A DNA stretch of 63,616 nucleotides, filler included, from Basidioascus undulatus (GCA_000826855.1; 4 parts of 4 records of this genome joined end to end with filler, not necessarily neighbours in it); one strand, 5' to 3'. Counted from the whole stretch's first letter, positions 24,508 through 36,718 are shown. Numbers and translations: made by a program. Notes: generated by a model not told the origin, from the letters alone.

Positions 24508-25480
24508 TTTGGTTATTTTAAGGCGGGGGGAAATCTATGGTTGTGCTGTGTTGTGTGGGTTGGGGATGTGCGAGGGTGTGGTGTGGATGGAGAAAGATGG
24601 AGAGGATGGAAAAGCGCTCCACGGCTCTCTCGCGGCGGTCCGTCAACAACGTCCGCATCGTGCTCTCTCTCTTGTTAGGCATTGGAACCGAGGTTCATGA
24701 AGAATTATATTATTCCTTCCCGGTATTCACTTCAATTTAGAGCAGTAACTACCAGTAGACTGAGAGCGGAAATCATGGAATGCAGGTGTATGGGCGCTGT
24801 GAGCGCCGGTAACACTGACCAACTTGCTAGACCTCATAACAAATCCCTGGACCCATTCTTTCTAAGAAAATTGCAAGTAGTTGTGGTGTTCTCACTCGTG
24901 CTCAAGAAAAGCGGAGGTGCTACTTGCACGCCTGCGATAATTCGCATTCCTTTTCCCAGTGGCTTACCCCTCTCGGTGACCGCAAGCTCTCAGCATGGAA
25001 GTTGAGTCATAATAAGCTCATCAGCAAGAGCTCGGTCAGTGGTAATATTTGGTTCTTGCGTTGCAAGGAGGATTGCTTGAAGGGCAGGAAGTAGGGCAGC
25101 GCACATCCTGAGCGGCATTATAGAAAACCGGCCTCTCAGGTAGCGAACGCTGGCATACTCGAATGCATTTCAGGATTATGGAGATTACACACATCTTTGT
25201 AGTGCCTTAAAGCAACAACATCATTGCGGCTGGATGCCTATTACTCTTCAGCATTCGATGTTGCGCTGTAAATTTTCAGTCGGGCATTACTTCGCGTCGG
25301 CGGGCCAAACCTTCCCACGCCACTGTGAAGCAGCAAATGTTGAAAGTTTCAGGCATATTTGCCTAGTACTCCCGTGCTGCATTTTCTAGCGGGCCATTGT
25401 TGTTGCGTTGAGCACATTCGGTCGAGTGGGCCTGCGGTTGCATCTTCGTTCATGCAGCAGATATGCGAAATGCTAGCCTT

Positions 25481-26800
25481 TTACCGAAGCCCCGAAACAC
25501 CCCTCCACTCCCACATGTAACTCTTAGGACAAACAATCCTTGACCAAATCCGGTGCGCCTTGCACCACTGCGCCCAAAAGCCTGTCAGCGCTACACAGAA
25601 ACTCATCAAGGCACGCACGCACCTCCTTGTGCTTGGGCCAGTCCTCCCGCTGGTGCCCAGCGGAGAAGTAGGACGCCCCACGGCAAGAACTGGGTGCACG
25701 GCATCTCGCAGACCTCGCATCAGGGTTCTCCAAGCTGCACGAACTCCGAAGGCGTCTTTGCATTAGCTCATTGAGACAGCCATCCCTAGCGCGCTGGTCT
25801 CGGAACTCCCCAATCTGAAGATCCAACCTGCCCAGAAGAAGTTGAAAGATTTCTGTGTGCGTCATTTCGAGGCGGGCATTGCGAAGCAAGAGGCGCGTGA
25901 GGTCGTCGAGAGGCGGAGGAGGGCCTGAGACGCCCGCGCTCGAGCTGCAGCCATGATCGTAGCAAAGGTGAACTCGGGATGAAAAGAAGGATTCGGGAGC
26001 TCAGGTGGTGCTGCAGAAGATGCGATGCGGTACTGCCTTGATTTAGATTAGTGAGGCGTAGACACGCGGTTAAGGGGGCGCGGTGAGCGTTGTAGACGAG
26101 CGTGGATGTCCTGTCCAGCACAACAAGCAGACAAGCACCTGGCCAGGCGACGATATATCCTCCTTCGGTGTACAGTACAACCCGGATACGACCACGAAAC
26201 CAGAGACACCTCTGAGCTGTTCCTCGATACCTTACCTCCTCTCTTAGAGTCGCGTGCGCCACTTGGATCTGAGCGTCGTCCGACTCGAATGTACCGTACA
26301 TGAGGAGATGAACTTCGACTGGCTCGCCCTCGTTTGAGCCCCAGTTCGAAAAAAGGTTGCGGAAGTCAAAAGGAGCTCTGACCAGGCCGAGCGCCGGATG
26401 ATGAGTACTTGATAGAGGAAGTCAATGACCACTACGATCTACGTTGTCCTTGAGATTTGAAATGAAAACGTGAGTATATTCGCTCTGGCCGTTTGAGCAG
26501 CGCAGCGCCGGCGGGAGCGACACCGAAGGCGCCCGTGACGGAGAGCTCAAGCTCCGCATAATGGGTCTTGCCAATGGGGCCGGTTGATGGGTAGGCCCGA
26601 GAGAGAATGCCGGGAGCATCTGGCTTGACAGGTTCGAGAGTGGGGTTGAATTGCATGTCGACGTGCGCCGGTCGATACTCCAGAAGGGTAAAGCGAGGTG
26701 AGCTTCGGTGAAGGCCTTGATGGTCCGAACGAAGGAAAGAGCCCGAACGAGCGCTGGTCCATGCAGGGGACGGCCCTGTTGAATAAGCCCGTCGATCCTC
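25481..26800 (-). pseudogene. Decayed MYND-type zinc-finger gene
   Basis: CRGASYFSAGHQREDWPKHKE|WCKAH across an intron matches MYND YCSxxHQxxDWxxHKxxC, with the YCS cysteine replaced by F. Upstream frames are broken and the 5' limit is approximate. Confidence 0.6.
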
Positions 26801-27463
26801 ATTCGACCTCGTACTACTGAAGACGTATTTCAACCTTCCCTCTGCTTATTTGACTGCGTCTCTGGAGCAGATCGGATCAAGCCCTGAAAGCGCTTCCAAT
26901 GTAACGCGATAACAATACCCCTGCAGCAACCTCGGTCTGCCATTTCTCCACAAGATCCAGTCAATAATAGCAGAAGCTCTTGTTCTGACTAAACGAAAAG
27001 CCTGCTCGCGAACTTCATGGCCCCTTTTGGACGACAGAAGCTCTGGCCGGCACGGCGCACGGCATAGGTCCCTGGTTGATGAGGCTGCGACAAGAAGTAA
27101 TGTCCGCGATTTACTCTTCAGCATCTGGGAATGTTCTAAAGATAACTTTTCTATGAGATCCCTCAAAATTTTGCTGCTTCAAAAGTGAGTTGCTTTTTGC
27201 CAGCGTTGCTCGAGAAATGCCAGAATGTGAGGAGAATGGGCAGTTTGCCCTCTTGCCGTTGTCTTCCACGTTGTGGCGGATTCTGCTCTTCTGTACTCTC
27301 CTTTGAAGAATTGATGCCTGTCCAACACATAGATCCTCATAAGAATTTGCCCCAAAAACCAAACAGCTGTGAGTAGTAGACAGCTCTTAACAAACAACGG
27401 CCACCATCTTTACGGAGAGGGGTGTATAAGGCAAGACACGTTCGAAACGGTGTCACACCTTTT

Positions 27464-28178
27464 CTACGAAACTTTTTTCGTGCCCTTCCCACCCACTCCC
27501 AAAAGTACTGCCAGACCTCCAACGATCCAAGTCAAGGTGTAGCTGAGCGCGTTCGGGGTCCACTCGGGCCCGATGGCAGGGAAGATATCGCCGTCTCGGT
27601 AGAACACCGCCATAGCGTGCACAAAAGTCATCTGGGGTCAAGCACATCAAATGCTGTCAGTGTCTTGTTCGTTGAGGCAAAAAACCAAGCCTCAAGGCAA
27701 ACGCACCTTGCCGTGCTCGAACAAGTCCCTGAAGAAAACCGCCTTCTTCTCCGGCCACGGCTCCGTCCGTTCCCTGAACTCGCATTCCTCGCCGACCCGG
27801 CTATGAAGACCGTGCCGCACGCCCTTAGGAATCATAAACTCGCCCATGCTAGGGTCCAGGACGCGCTGAACGCCGGCGATCCGAGCGTGGAGACGACCCT
27901 TCGTGACGAGGAGGTACTCGTGCGAGGCTGGGTGGAAGTGGTAGGGCACTGTTAAGGAAGATTGCGCGGACGAGACGGTACTGAGTGGAAGATGACACGA
28001 GTGTGTAAAGGCTTCCAAAGCAAGATGCAAGATAACAGTCCACCTACGTGCAGATGTAGCGAGGCGAGTCGGGCGTCGCTGTTGAGGACGCTGCGTGGAA
28101 GAGCATGTACGCCCCTCCGCCCAACTCCATACGTTCCTCCCCGGCGCTCGTCGTAGCGGTATCTAAGACAATCGACAT
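27464..28178 (-). CDS. Cupin (RmlC-like) domain protein with C-terminal hydrophobic segment, 3 exons
   Basis: In-frame splice model MSIVLDT...PRYICT|TVSSAQSSLTVPYHFHPASHEYLLVTKG...IPKGVRH...FFRDLFEHGK|MTFVHAMAVFYRDGD...LTWIVGGLAVLLGVGGKGTKKVS*. Cupin motif 1 (HxHxxxxE) and motif 2 (PxGxxH) are both present. Confidence 0.8.
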
Positions 28179-28451
28179 GAGGAACAATGTGCGAGTAGAG
28201 TAGTGGACGAGAGGAGAGCTGCGCGACCGATCCAAGATCACCGAGACGCTAAGCTGTTAGTCTGCACTTAGCGCGCTTTGTCCGGCCGCCGAAGGAATGG
28301 AGGTTTCGAATCGCGTTAGGGTTCACGACAGAGACCGTTGCCACATGCGGTTTCCGTGATTGTGCAGTGATGGCAGAGTGCAGGTGTATGTGTGCAGTGA
28401 TACGTGGTACAGCGATGCAAGAAGAGAGGAGGAAAATAAGAAAGCGTCTCT

Positions 28452-31400
28452 CTCTGCATCGAACACCCAAAACGTCAGTAAGATATCGGGACATGCGAAC
28501 GACTAATTAGGCAACTCACAGAGGTACAGCGAGGGGCAGCCCTGGACACGACGAACACGAAGCAGCGCACGAGCAGTCAGCCGATCTGCAGTAGGGACGG
28601 AAGCAAGAGAAGGAAAGCCGACGCACCACAACCGAGTTTGGCCTGTCGATCTTTTCGAGGGCCTTCTCGAACTTCTCCTCGAGCTCGACGTTGCCGATCG
28701 CCTTGGCCGCCTGGGCCATCTGGCGGAGGAGCTCCTGCAGTCGCCGGAAGGCGCGGATGATGGAGCCCTCGAAGACGTCGGTCATCTGCTCACACATGCA
28801 ACAATGCGCATCAGTAAACGGAAAGGAGAAGCAGAGGCCCTCAGGGAGGCGAGGTAGGGGCAGGAAGAGAAAGAGAAACGGACCTTGCAGATCTCAGAGA
28901 ATTTCGCGCCGCGGCACCACTGCATGACGGCGTCCATGAGCTCGACCTTGAAGCTCTTGACGTACTCTTCCTCGTCGAGCGCGAGCTTGGACTCGATCGA
29001 GACCTTTGCGATCCTCCGCGCGGCCTCCTGCATCACGCGCAGGGGCGCCGCGAGCTCCTCCTTCAGCTTGACGGTTTGCTCCGACTGCGCAAACCCAACT
29101 CGTCAGCACCGCGCGGGACGAGAATGGGGATAGGAAGCCAGCAACGCACCTTCTCCCCAAAGACGAAGCAGCTAAGCAGCGACGCGCACTGCTCAGGCGT
29201 GAGCGTGTTGAACACGCCGTTGAAGATCATCTCGGTGAGGAGGAGCTCATCGCCCGTCGAGATCTCGCACGCGACGCGGCCCTTCATCTCGATGACGTCC
29301 GTGGAGCTCGTGAACCCGAGCCGGCGGAGCACGCGCTTCCGGCACTTGAGCTCGTCGAGCTGCAGTACGTCCTGCGTCGCCGAGATGCGCTTCTTCGTCT
29401 CCCGCACGCGCGCGGCCGTCTCCTGCTTCCGTGCGTACAGCTCGTACAGCTCCGCCAGGCGCGGCGTGTCGTGCAAAGGGTTCTTCTGCAAGCGAGACTC
29501 GAGCGCGGAGATTTTCTGTTGCGTCGCGATCACAGCGTCAGCGCAAAAGCTTGTGGGGCGAACAAGGATAATGAGAGCAGATACGCACGCCGAGCATCTT
29601 CTTGAACCCCTCGTCCTTGATGCCCATGTTCTCGACGGGGTCCAAGAGAGCGACGCCCTGGGGAAAGCGCTTCTGGACCTCCGTGATGGACTTGTACGCG
29701 GTCTCGCGCGCCTGCGCGGGGCGGAGGTCCTTGGGGAGGAAGATGCGGATGTGGCTGAGGCCGTCGAGCGTCGAGAGCAGGACGGGCACGATCAGCGCCT
29801 CGCCCTTCTCGCCCGCCGGGCACGGCGCGAACGAGAGCGCGCTGTCCGACCCCGAGCGGTCGCGCGGGACGGTCGAGCCCGTCGCGCAGTTGAGGAGGAC
29901 GTCGACGATGTACTGGTTCTGCGGCGTCGTGTCGAGCGGAAGAGGAGCCTTGCCCTGCGGTGCACAAAACACACGGCGTCAGCCTGGCGGACCACTGCCC
30001 AACTCAAATGAAACCTTCAGTAATAAGAACGCACCTTGCCCGCCACGCGCTTCGAGTAGTTGATGACGACGCCCCAGCCAAAGTCGGCGTCGCCGTGGCG
30101 GACGCGGACGAGGCGGCCGGGCTGGAGGAAGGGGAGGGCGTAGGTAGGGTGGTTGATGACGTTGCGGAGGTCGACGTTGAGGTCGTCGAGCTGCTTCCGG
30201 ACGTCGTAGTACTCGGCGACGGTCTCCTCCTCGGGCACGACGATCGCGTCGCGCTCGGCCTCAAGGGACTTGAGCTCTGTTCAACGCCCAGATCCCAAAC
30301 AACCCAGGTCAGCGCTCAACCCTAAGCCTCGAAAGTGAACGAGAAAGAAAGGGGATGGGCGAAAAGGGAAGCGGGAAGTGGGAAGAGGAAAGAGGGAACA
30401 GGGAAGGGAGACGTGGGAAGGGGGAATGAGAAGGGGAAGGGGAAGGGCGAACGCACCGGCCTCCAACCTCGGGACGCTCTGCGTGCTTTGGTGCTGGAAG
30501 AAGCAGCGCTCAAGCATGTACTCTGGGCTGATGCCCTCGACGCGCATGAGGTTCAGAACCATGTTGTACCCGAGGTGGAACGCCGAATCGAGCCGGTCCG
30601 CCTCGCCCTTGACCATGCCCTTCGCCGCCGCCGGCTCGAGCTTCTCGTCGCACATCATGATCACGATCCCGCGGTCGTCCAACCCGCGCCGGCCCGCGCG
30701 CCCCGACATCTGGATGTACTCGCCGCCTGAACATCCGGCCATCAAAAACATCAGCCACCAAGAAAAGAAGGGGAGAAAGAGTAGGTGAGGTGGCGCACCC
30801 GACAGCGTTCGGAAGTCGCGTCCGTCGAACTTGCGGACGTTGGTGAAGACGACCGTCTTGGCGGGCATGTTGAGGCCGATGGAGAACGTCTCGGTGGCGA
30901 AGAGGACCTTGATCAATCCCTCCTGGAAGAGGATCTCGATGACCTCCTTGAGGATGGGGAGCAAGCCGCCGTGGTGGATGCCGATGCCGCGGCGGAGCAA
31001 GGGGAGGATGTGCTCGATCTGGGGCAGCGACCGGTCGTCGTCCGAGAGGGCCGAGATGGCGTTGTTGAACACCTGGGATACCATGTCGCGCTCGTCGTCT
31101 GTGTTGAACTCGAGCTTGGACATCTGGAGCGCGAGGCCCTCGCACTCGCGCTTGGAGAAGGCGAACACGATGACGGGGTTGTAGTTCTTGACCATGATCA
31201 TCTTGACGATTTTGTAGATGTCCGAGTGGCCTGTCCCCCTTCCCCATTAGCGCATCCCTACGCGGGAGAAGAAAAAAGAGAGGGGACCCACCCTTCTGCC
31301 CGCCCTTCTTCGTCTTGCCCTTCTTCCCCGCGCCCTTCGGATTTGCCGGGTCCTCGCCCATCGCGTCCCCCAGACTGCCCATGGCTTTGACGAAATTCTC

Positions 31401-32724
31401 CTCCCTAAACACGCCCTTCTCGTCGACGACGAGGTGGATGCCCTCGCCGCCAGCGGGGAACAGGTAGTGCTGGAGCGGCGTCGGGCGGTAGTTGGTGTAC
31501 ACTACGTGCACGGGCTGGTTGTGCGTGTGGCACACCCACTCGGCGAACTCGTGCGCGTTCGGGATCGTCGCGGAGAGGAAGACGTAGTGCACCTTGTGCG
31601 GGAGGAGGATGATCGTCTCTTCCCAGACGACGCCGCGTTCTACACCCACCCATCAGTATGAGTCTGATGGCGGCAAGGGAGGACGATGACCCACCCTTGT
31701 CCCGCATGTAGTGGATCTCGTCGAAGATGACCCACGAGACCTCGCGCATGATCTCGCTGCCGCGGTAGAGCATGGAGCGGAGAATCTGCCGCCCGCCCAA
31801 CAGTCAGACCGGCGACTGAGAACAGTTTCTGAGAGTAAATGCCCACCTCGGTGGTCATGACCAAGCACGACGCGCTCGGGTTGATGGTCACATCGCCCGT
31901 CATCAAGCCGACGTCGCCAAACTCAGCGAGCATCTCGCGGTACTTTTGGTTACTAAGGGCCTGCGCGCCAACTCCCATCTAATCAGCCGCCTGCCCATCA
32001 CCTTCCCTGAAGCCCTTCGCACCTTGATCGGCGAAGTGTACACCACCCGCTCGCCCCGCTTGAGGCACTGCGCGATCGCGTACTCGGCCACGACGGTCTT
32101 GCCTGCGGACGTATGCGCCGAAACAAGCACGCTCTCGTCGCGCTCGATGGACGCGATGGAGACGCGCTGGAAGGGGTCGAGCGTGAACGGGTACGCGCGC
32201 GCGGGCGGGTCGGGCGAGACGTGCTTGGAGATGGGGACGTAGGGGTAGTTGGGGGGTAGGGCGACGCGGTGTCGGACCTGGGATCCCAAATGGCTTGTGA
32301 GCTGCTGAGAGAGTTGGGGGTTGTGGGAGGAGGGAGGGACGCACCTGATGGCTTAAAGAAACAGTCCCCTCCGCCGCGGCCTCACCCTCGACAAGCCCCC
32401 CACTTGCCTTGACCTGCACGCTCGCCTCGGTCTCAAAGTCGTCCTCGGTGCGGACCGGCACGCCGACCTCTTTCCTCTTGCCACCCTCTCCCTCCTCCTC
32501 CTCCTTCACGCCGTCCATCTCCATTGCCTTCCTGTTCCCGTTCACCTCCAAGCGCGCCTTCTTGGGCTCGGGCTCGGGCGTGGAGGCCGGGGAGGTGGAC
32601 GCGGACGCTGCGGCCTGAGCCGCCTCAAGCGCGCGCTTTGCCTTCTTGCGCGAGTTCTTGGACAGCCCTGGCTGGGGCGTGGACGCGCGCGAGGTGGACG
32701 CTGAGGCGGGGGCGGAGGAAGATG
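28452..32724 (-). CDS. MTR4: Exosome-associated Ski2-like RNA helicase Mtr4/Dob1, 5' end in gap
   Basis: [87 protein letters not shown], arch/KOW region and DSHCT ([17 protein letters not shown]), ending ...PSLYL*. Confidence 0.96.
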
Positions 32725-32824
32725 NNNNNNNNNNNNNNNNNNNNNNNNNNNNNNNNNNNNNNNNNNNNTTAATTAATTAANNNNNNNNNNNNNNNNNNNN
32801 NNNNNNNNNNNNNNNNNNNNNNNN
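32725..32824. other. Assembly gap / artificial contig spacer
   Basis: 44 N + TTAATTAATTAA + 44 N. Confidence 0.98.
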
Positions 32825-32951
32825 AGGGTCCGATGTCTGCGCGGTCGTCAGGGATGCTGGGGCCGATGTCTGCGGTATCGGTGGGTAGGCTGGGGCCGCT
32901 GGTGCGAGGTTCCTGCTCGAGGTCGGGGGGCAGCTGAGGGCCGTACGACAT
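32825..32951 (-). CDS. GPALPP-motif (DUF3752-type) protein, N-terminal fragment only
   Basis: MSYGPQLPPDLEQEPRTSGPSLPTDTADIGPSIPDDRADIGP contains repeated GPxLP/IGPxxP motifs. The remainder is lost in the gap. Confidence 0.6.
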
Positions 32952-33231
32952 GGCGGTGGCGTAAAGGGGATGCGGTGGAGGACGTAGGCGGTCGGCGAGG
33001 GGAATAATGTGTGTTTGTCTGGGTGAATTGAATGGAATAGGGGGAGCACTGCGGCGACTGAGCGTAAGAACGGATTTGGAGATGGGGGCGAGAGTCAACT
33101 CGCGTGGGAGGCGATGCGCGTCGGCAAGGCGCGTACCCTCACTCGGTCTTTCTCCATTTACACTCGCCCACACTCTTCTCTTTCGCGCCTGTTTGGCATT
33201 CGTTGCCGCACCCGCCGCTGTCGTCGTTGCC

Positions 33232-34949
33232 ATGACCGGGACGTTGTCGATGCGCCGAGGGCTGCTCCGCGTGCGCCCCTCGGCCGTCATTGCCGTCGCG
33301 GTCTGCTTGCTCGTCTTCTACGTCGCCTTCCTCACGCCGTCCCACCCGCCTCTGCCCTCCTCTCACGTCGACGTTCGAGCCGTGCTCACAGTTCTAGGGT
33401 CCGTCGGGCCCTTCTCATCGCCCCGTCGCGATCCCTTCGACACTACCGACGTGTCCTTCGCTGTCCTGGGCGAGCCCCTTCGTCCCATCCGTCTCGACTC
33501 GCGCAGCATCATCGACACCGTCACCGGCGCTCCCATCAAAGAGCCCAACGGTGACTCCTTCAATCCCGCTCTGCTCAAGCTGCCCAGCGGCCTCAAGTGG
33601 CAGTACGTCGTCGTTGCTCGCGGGCCTCGACGCGTTCACAAAGACACCAAGATCGGCGACAGGTTCCCCGTCGAGCAGTCTCTGGTCGCGTGAGTATCTC
33701 GTGGTCGTCTTTCCTGCTCAACTACAGCTGACCCGTTGGTTTGTTGCTAGCTTCGCCGCCAACCAGACTTCTACGGGCCAGCTCGAGGTCGTCTCGACGC
33801 CCTTCGTCCTACCCTTGCCTCAGTCCTCCGCGGCGGTGTGCGGCTACTGGGCCTTCACGTACGGCGCGGAGGATCCGCGCCTGTACTGGTCCGACTCGGG
33901 CACGCCGGTGCTCAACTTCGTTCAAACGCCGAGCGACCCAAAGCTCTGCCGCTCCATAGGCCTCGTCACCGACCTCCGCAGCGTGTGGCCCGAGCTCGTC
34001 TGGGTCCTGCGCGAGGCGCCCGGCATCCCTTTGTTCGAGCCTCTTTCCGAGGAGAAAGCTTCGCTCGAGATGCTCAAGGAGTCGGGGCAGTCTACGACGT
34101 GCGTTCAGTTTGTTTCCGTCATGTGCGCGACGGCTGTTGATACCTGTGCTCCGGTCTAGGGAGAAGAACTGGGCGGCCTTCTTCCCGGGCGCTCGTCCAA
34201 ACGGATCCAGCACCCCTTCCTATCACTACACCCTCCAGCCCCCCTCTATCCTTCATCCGACTTCGCAGTCCCGCTCCTCCATCCACTACGTGTTGCAAAC
34301 GCTGCAGCAGGGTTCTCCCTCGTTCGACTGCATCGCCCGCCACCACCCCGGTCCGAGTCGTGGCCAGTTCCATCAGTCCACGCCGCTCTACCGTCTCACT
34401 TTGTGCGACCGCGGTTGCGAGCCGACGATCCACAATACCGTCCTCGTCGCGATCGCGCACGTCAAGAAGGCTCGGACCAAGAAAGGCCTTGAATATGGTC
34501 GGTGCGTGATTGCGGCTTTGACAGTGGCGTCGCGTGCTCATGCTCGATCTCTTGCAGGTTTATCTTGACGTGGAATGTCACCGCCCCTCACGAATACATC
34601 TCGGTTGGCCCGGAGTTCCGATTCGGTGCGGACTGGACTTTGGCATGCGGTGTAAGCCAATGACTGACAAATGTCGCTTGTTGCAGCCGGGACGGACGAT
34701 CGAGACGTCGTCTATGCATTGTCACTTACTTTCGAGCAGACTACGCCCGCCCCACCACCCTCGCGCTCGTTCTTTGGGCGGTCCTCGCCAATTGACCCTT
34801 ATGGTCTCAACCCTTCTCATGGGTTTATCGACGACGACGCATTGGTCTCACTGGGCATCAAGGATGCGTCGATGGGGACAGTCCTTGTTTCTGTGCGGGA
34901 GCTGTTGCGGGGGAGTAGATTGTGTGACGAGAGCTACGGCAATATTTAG
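33232..34949 (+). CDS. Type II membrane five-bladed beta-propeller glycoenzyme, beta-mannosyltransferase (GT91/BMT)- or GH130/GT108-like
   Basis: N-terminal TM (SAVIAVAVCLLVFYVAFL), then SFNPALL, GAEDPRLYW, REKNWAAFF, FHQSTP, VAIAHVK, VVYALSLTF and LVSLGIKD. About five exons, stop at 34947-34949. Confidence 0.65.
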
Positions 34950-35132
34950 ATGTATAGGCTTTGTTGCGGAGTGCGTCTCGGTGCGGTGACAGGCGGATAT
35001 GAGGCTGCTTGGTTCGCGCAAGGCACGGGTTTTGTCCGCGCCTTGCCACCGACGTCGCGTTCTCAGTAAGTCAACATTGCTACAAAAGCATGCAAACAAA
35101 TAGATCTCGTCTGCGCAAATGCAATATGAAGC

Positions 35133-36260
35133 TCAAAGACGTCTGTACAACCGCAACAAGACCCGCATGTTCTCCAGCTTCAACGGGTAGCAATCCGCCG
35201 CGCCATCCGACAGCCGATACCAGATCGAGTCCTCCGCCCGCACGGTCTCCCAACGTTTCTCTCCCGCCGATGCGCTCGTCAACGCATGATCAAGGATGAA
35301 GGGCAAGGGGTACGAGCGCCCACCGTTGCCGATGGGAAGATCCGAGAGGCCGACCGACTCGACGATGAACAGGAGGGTCCCAGGACGGCAAAGATGCGTG
35401 ATACGGCCGAGAAGAGCCAGGGTTTTAGCCCGCGACTCGAGGAAAAGCTCCGAGATGGTGAAGAAGATGGTGATGAGCGAGGCGGACGCCCAAGGAATCG
35501 CCCTGTCCGGTTGCGGGTCCGAGGGCGCGGCTGCGGAAGATGCCTCTGAGGAGACCGGGAGGTTTGAAGGTGTCGATGTTTCCGCGGGGGAGTGACAATG
35601 TTGAGAGGCATCGGACTCATCGAGCACGTTCGAAAGAAGGAAGGAGGCCTCGAAGCGGTCGGTGGACAGCGCCAGCCCGCCGTTGGCAGCGCTCGCGCGG
35701 ACGCTTTCGAGGGCGCCGTCCAGAACGTCACCCCAGGATGCGACATCGACGGCGATGACCTTGGTCTGAGTGGTCGCCCCACCGTGCTCGCGAGCCATGC
35801 TTGCCAGGGCCATGACCTCTGACCCAGCGCCACCGCCGACGCAGATCACGGTGCAGCTGTCGCTCGATTGCAGCATGTTGCGCGCGACTTCGGACTCGGC
35901 TAAGATACGGCGATAACCAAGCGCGCGAGATGGAACCCATCGAGCGAAGTAAGCATCGAGGAAGGCGCGGGAAGAGAAGGCGAGGGTGTAGTCCTTGTTG
36001 TAGAGCGCGCCCTTGACCTTCTGGAGCGTCTCGGTAAAGTCGGGTGCTGCGATGACAGGTCGCGATATGTGAGAGAAGAACGCCAGAAGATCGCGCTCTG
36101 CGGTGGTTACGGCTCGAGAGGTCGACGGCGAAGGCGAAGACGATGTCGAATCGGGTTGACCGGGAGGCAGAGCAGATTTTTTGGTCTTCGTCTGCGCCCG
36201 TTTCCATGAGGACGATGCAGCGGAAGCATTCCCGCGATCGGGGGGTGTCGATTGGCGCAT
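35133..36260 (-). CDS. BMT6: 25S rRNA uridine-N3 methyltransferase (Bmt6/DUF3115 family), intronless
   Basis: LQKVKGALYNKDY..AF, LDAYFARWVPSRALGY, SAM motif VICVGGGAGSE, LITIFFTISELF, GTLLFIVES, YPLKLENMR. Confidence 0.85.
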   Translation of the reverse strand: MRQSTPPDRGNASAASSSWKRAQTKTKKSALPPGQPDSTSSSPSPSTSRAVTTAERDLLAFFSHISRPVIAAPDFTETLQKVKGALYNKDYTLAFSSRAFLDAYFARWVPSRALGYRRILAESEVARNMLQSSDSCTVICVGGGAGSEVMALASMAREHGGATTQTKVIAVDVASWGDVLDGALESVRASAANGGLALSTDRFEASFLLSNVLDESDASQHCHSPAETSTPSNLPVSSEASSAAAPSDPQPDRAIPWASASLITIFFTISELFLESRAKTLALLGRITHLCRPGTLLFIVESVGLSDLPIGNGGRSYPLPFILDHALTSASAGEKRWETVRAEDSIWYRLSDGAADCYPLKLENMRVLLRLYRRL

Positions 36261-36718
36261 GAGATCTTGGTTGAGGAAGGAGTGATCGTGCGAGATGGGC
36301 GGTGGTCGCGGTAGACGGCGTAAGGGCAAGTGCGCGAGGGCGGCGAGTCGATCAACTTTGTGTGCTACCCAGCGTGACCCTCGCATCGAACTGCAAACTT
36401 GCGCTCGTTCTTTGCCTCAACACCCACCATGGTATTACACTGACTCGCAATTGCAGGAATCACAAAACATTAGTCTTCAGCAATCATCTGATCCTCCGAA
36501 AAAGTCGCCTTTCGCCATATTTAGACGAGCTTTAGCCCATTTCCGACATGTTCACCGCAGGCGTGACATAACGCTATGGAAAGGTATAAAGGAGATGTAG
36601 TATTGAGTCGATTAATCATTGATAAGTGATATAAGGAGTATGCAGCATTTGCAGTCAGCACCACAGGTCTCTCTTCTCGCATCACCGGAAGCTCCCCTTC
36701 CCCCATCGCGGGCACGCA

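Noticed and set aside
29076..30011. Long ORFs antisense to real genes (e.g. 29076-30011 +, 46839-48017 -, 50772-51725 +, 5017-5712 -)
   Set aside because: These are shadow ORFs caused by high GC3 codon usage of the genes on the opposite strand. They carry no domain motifs.
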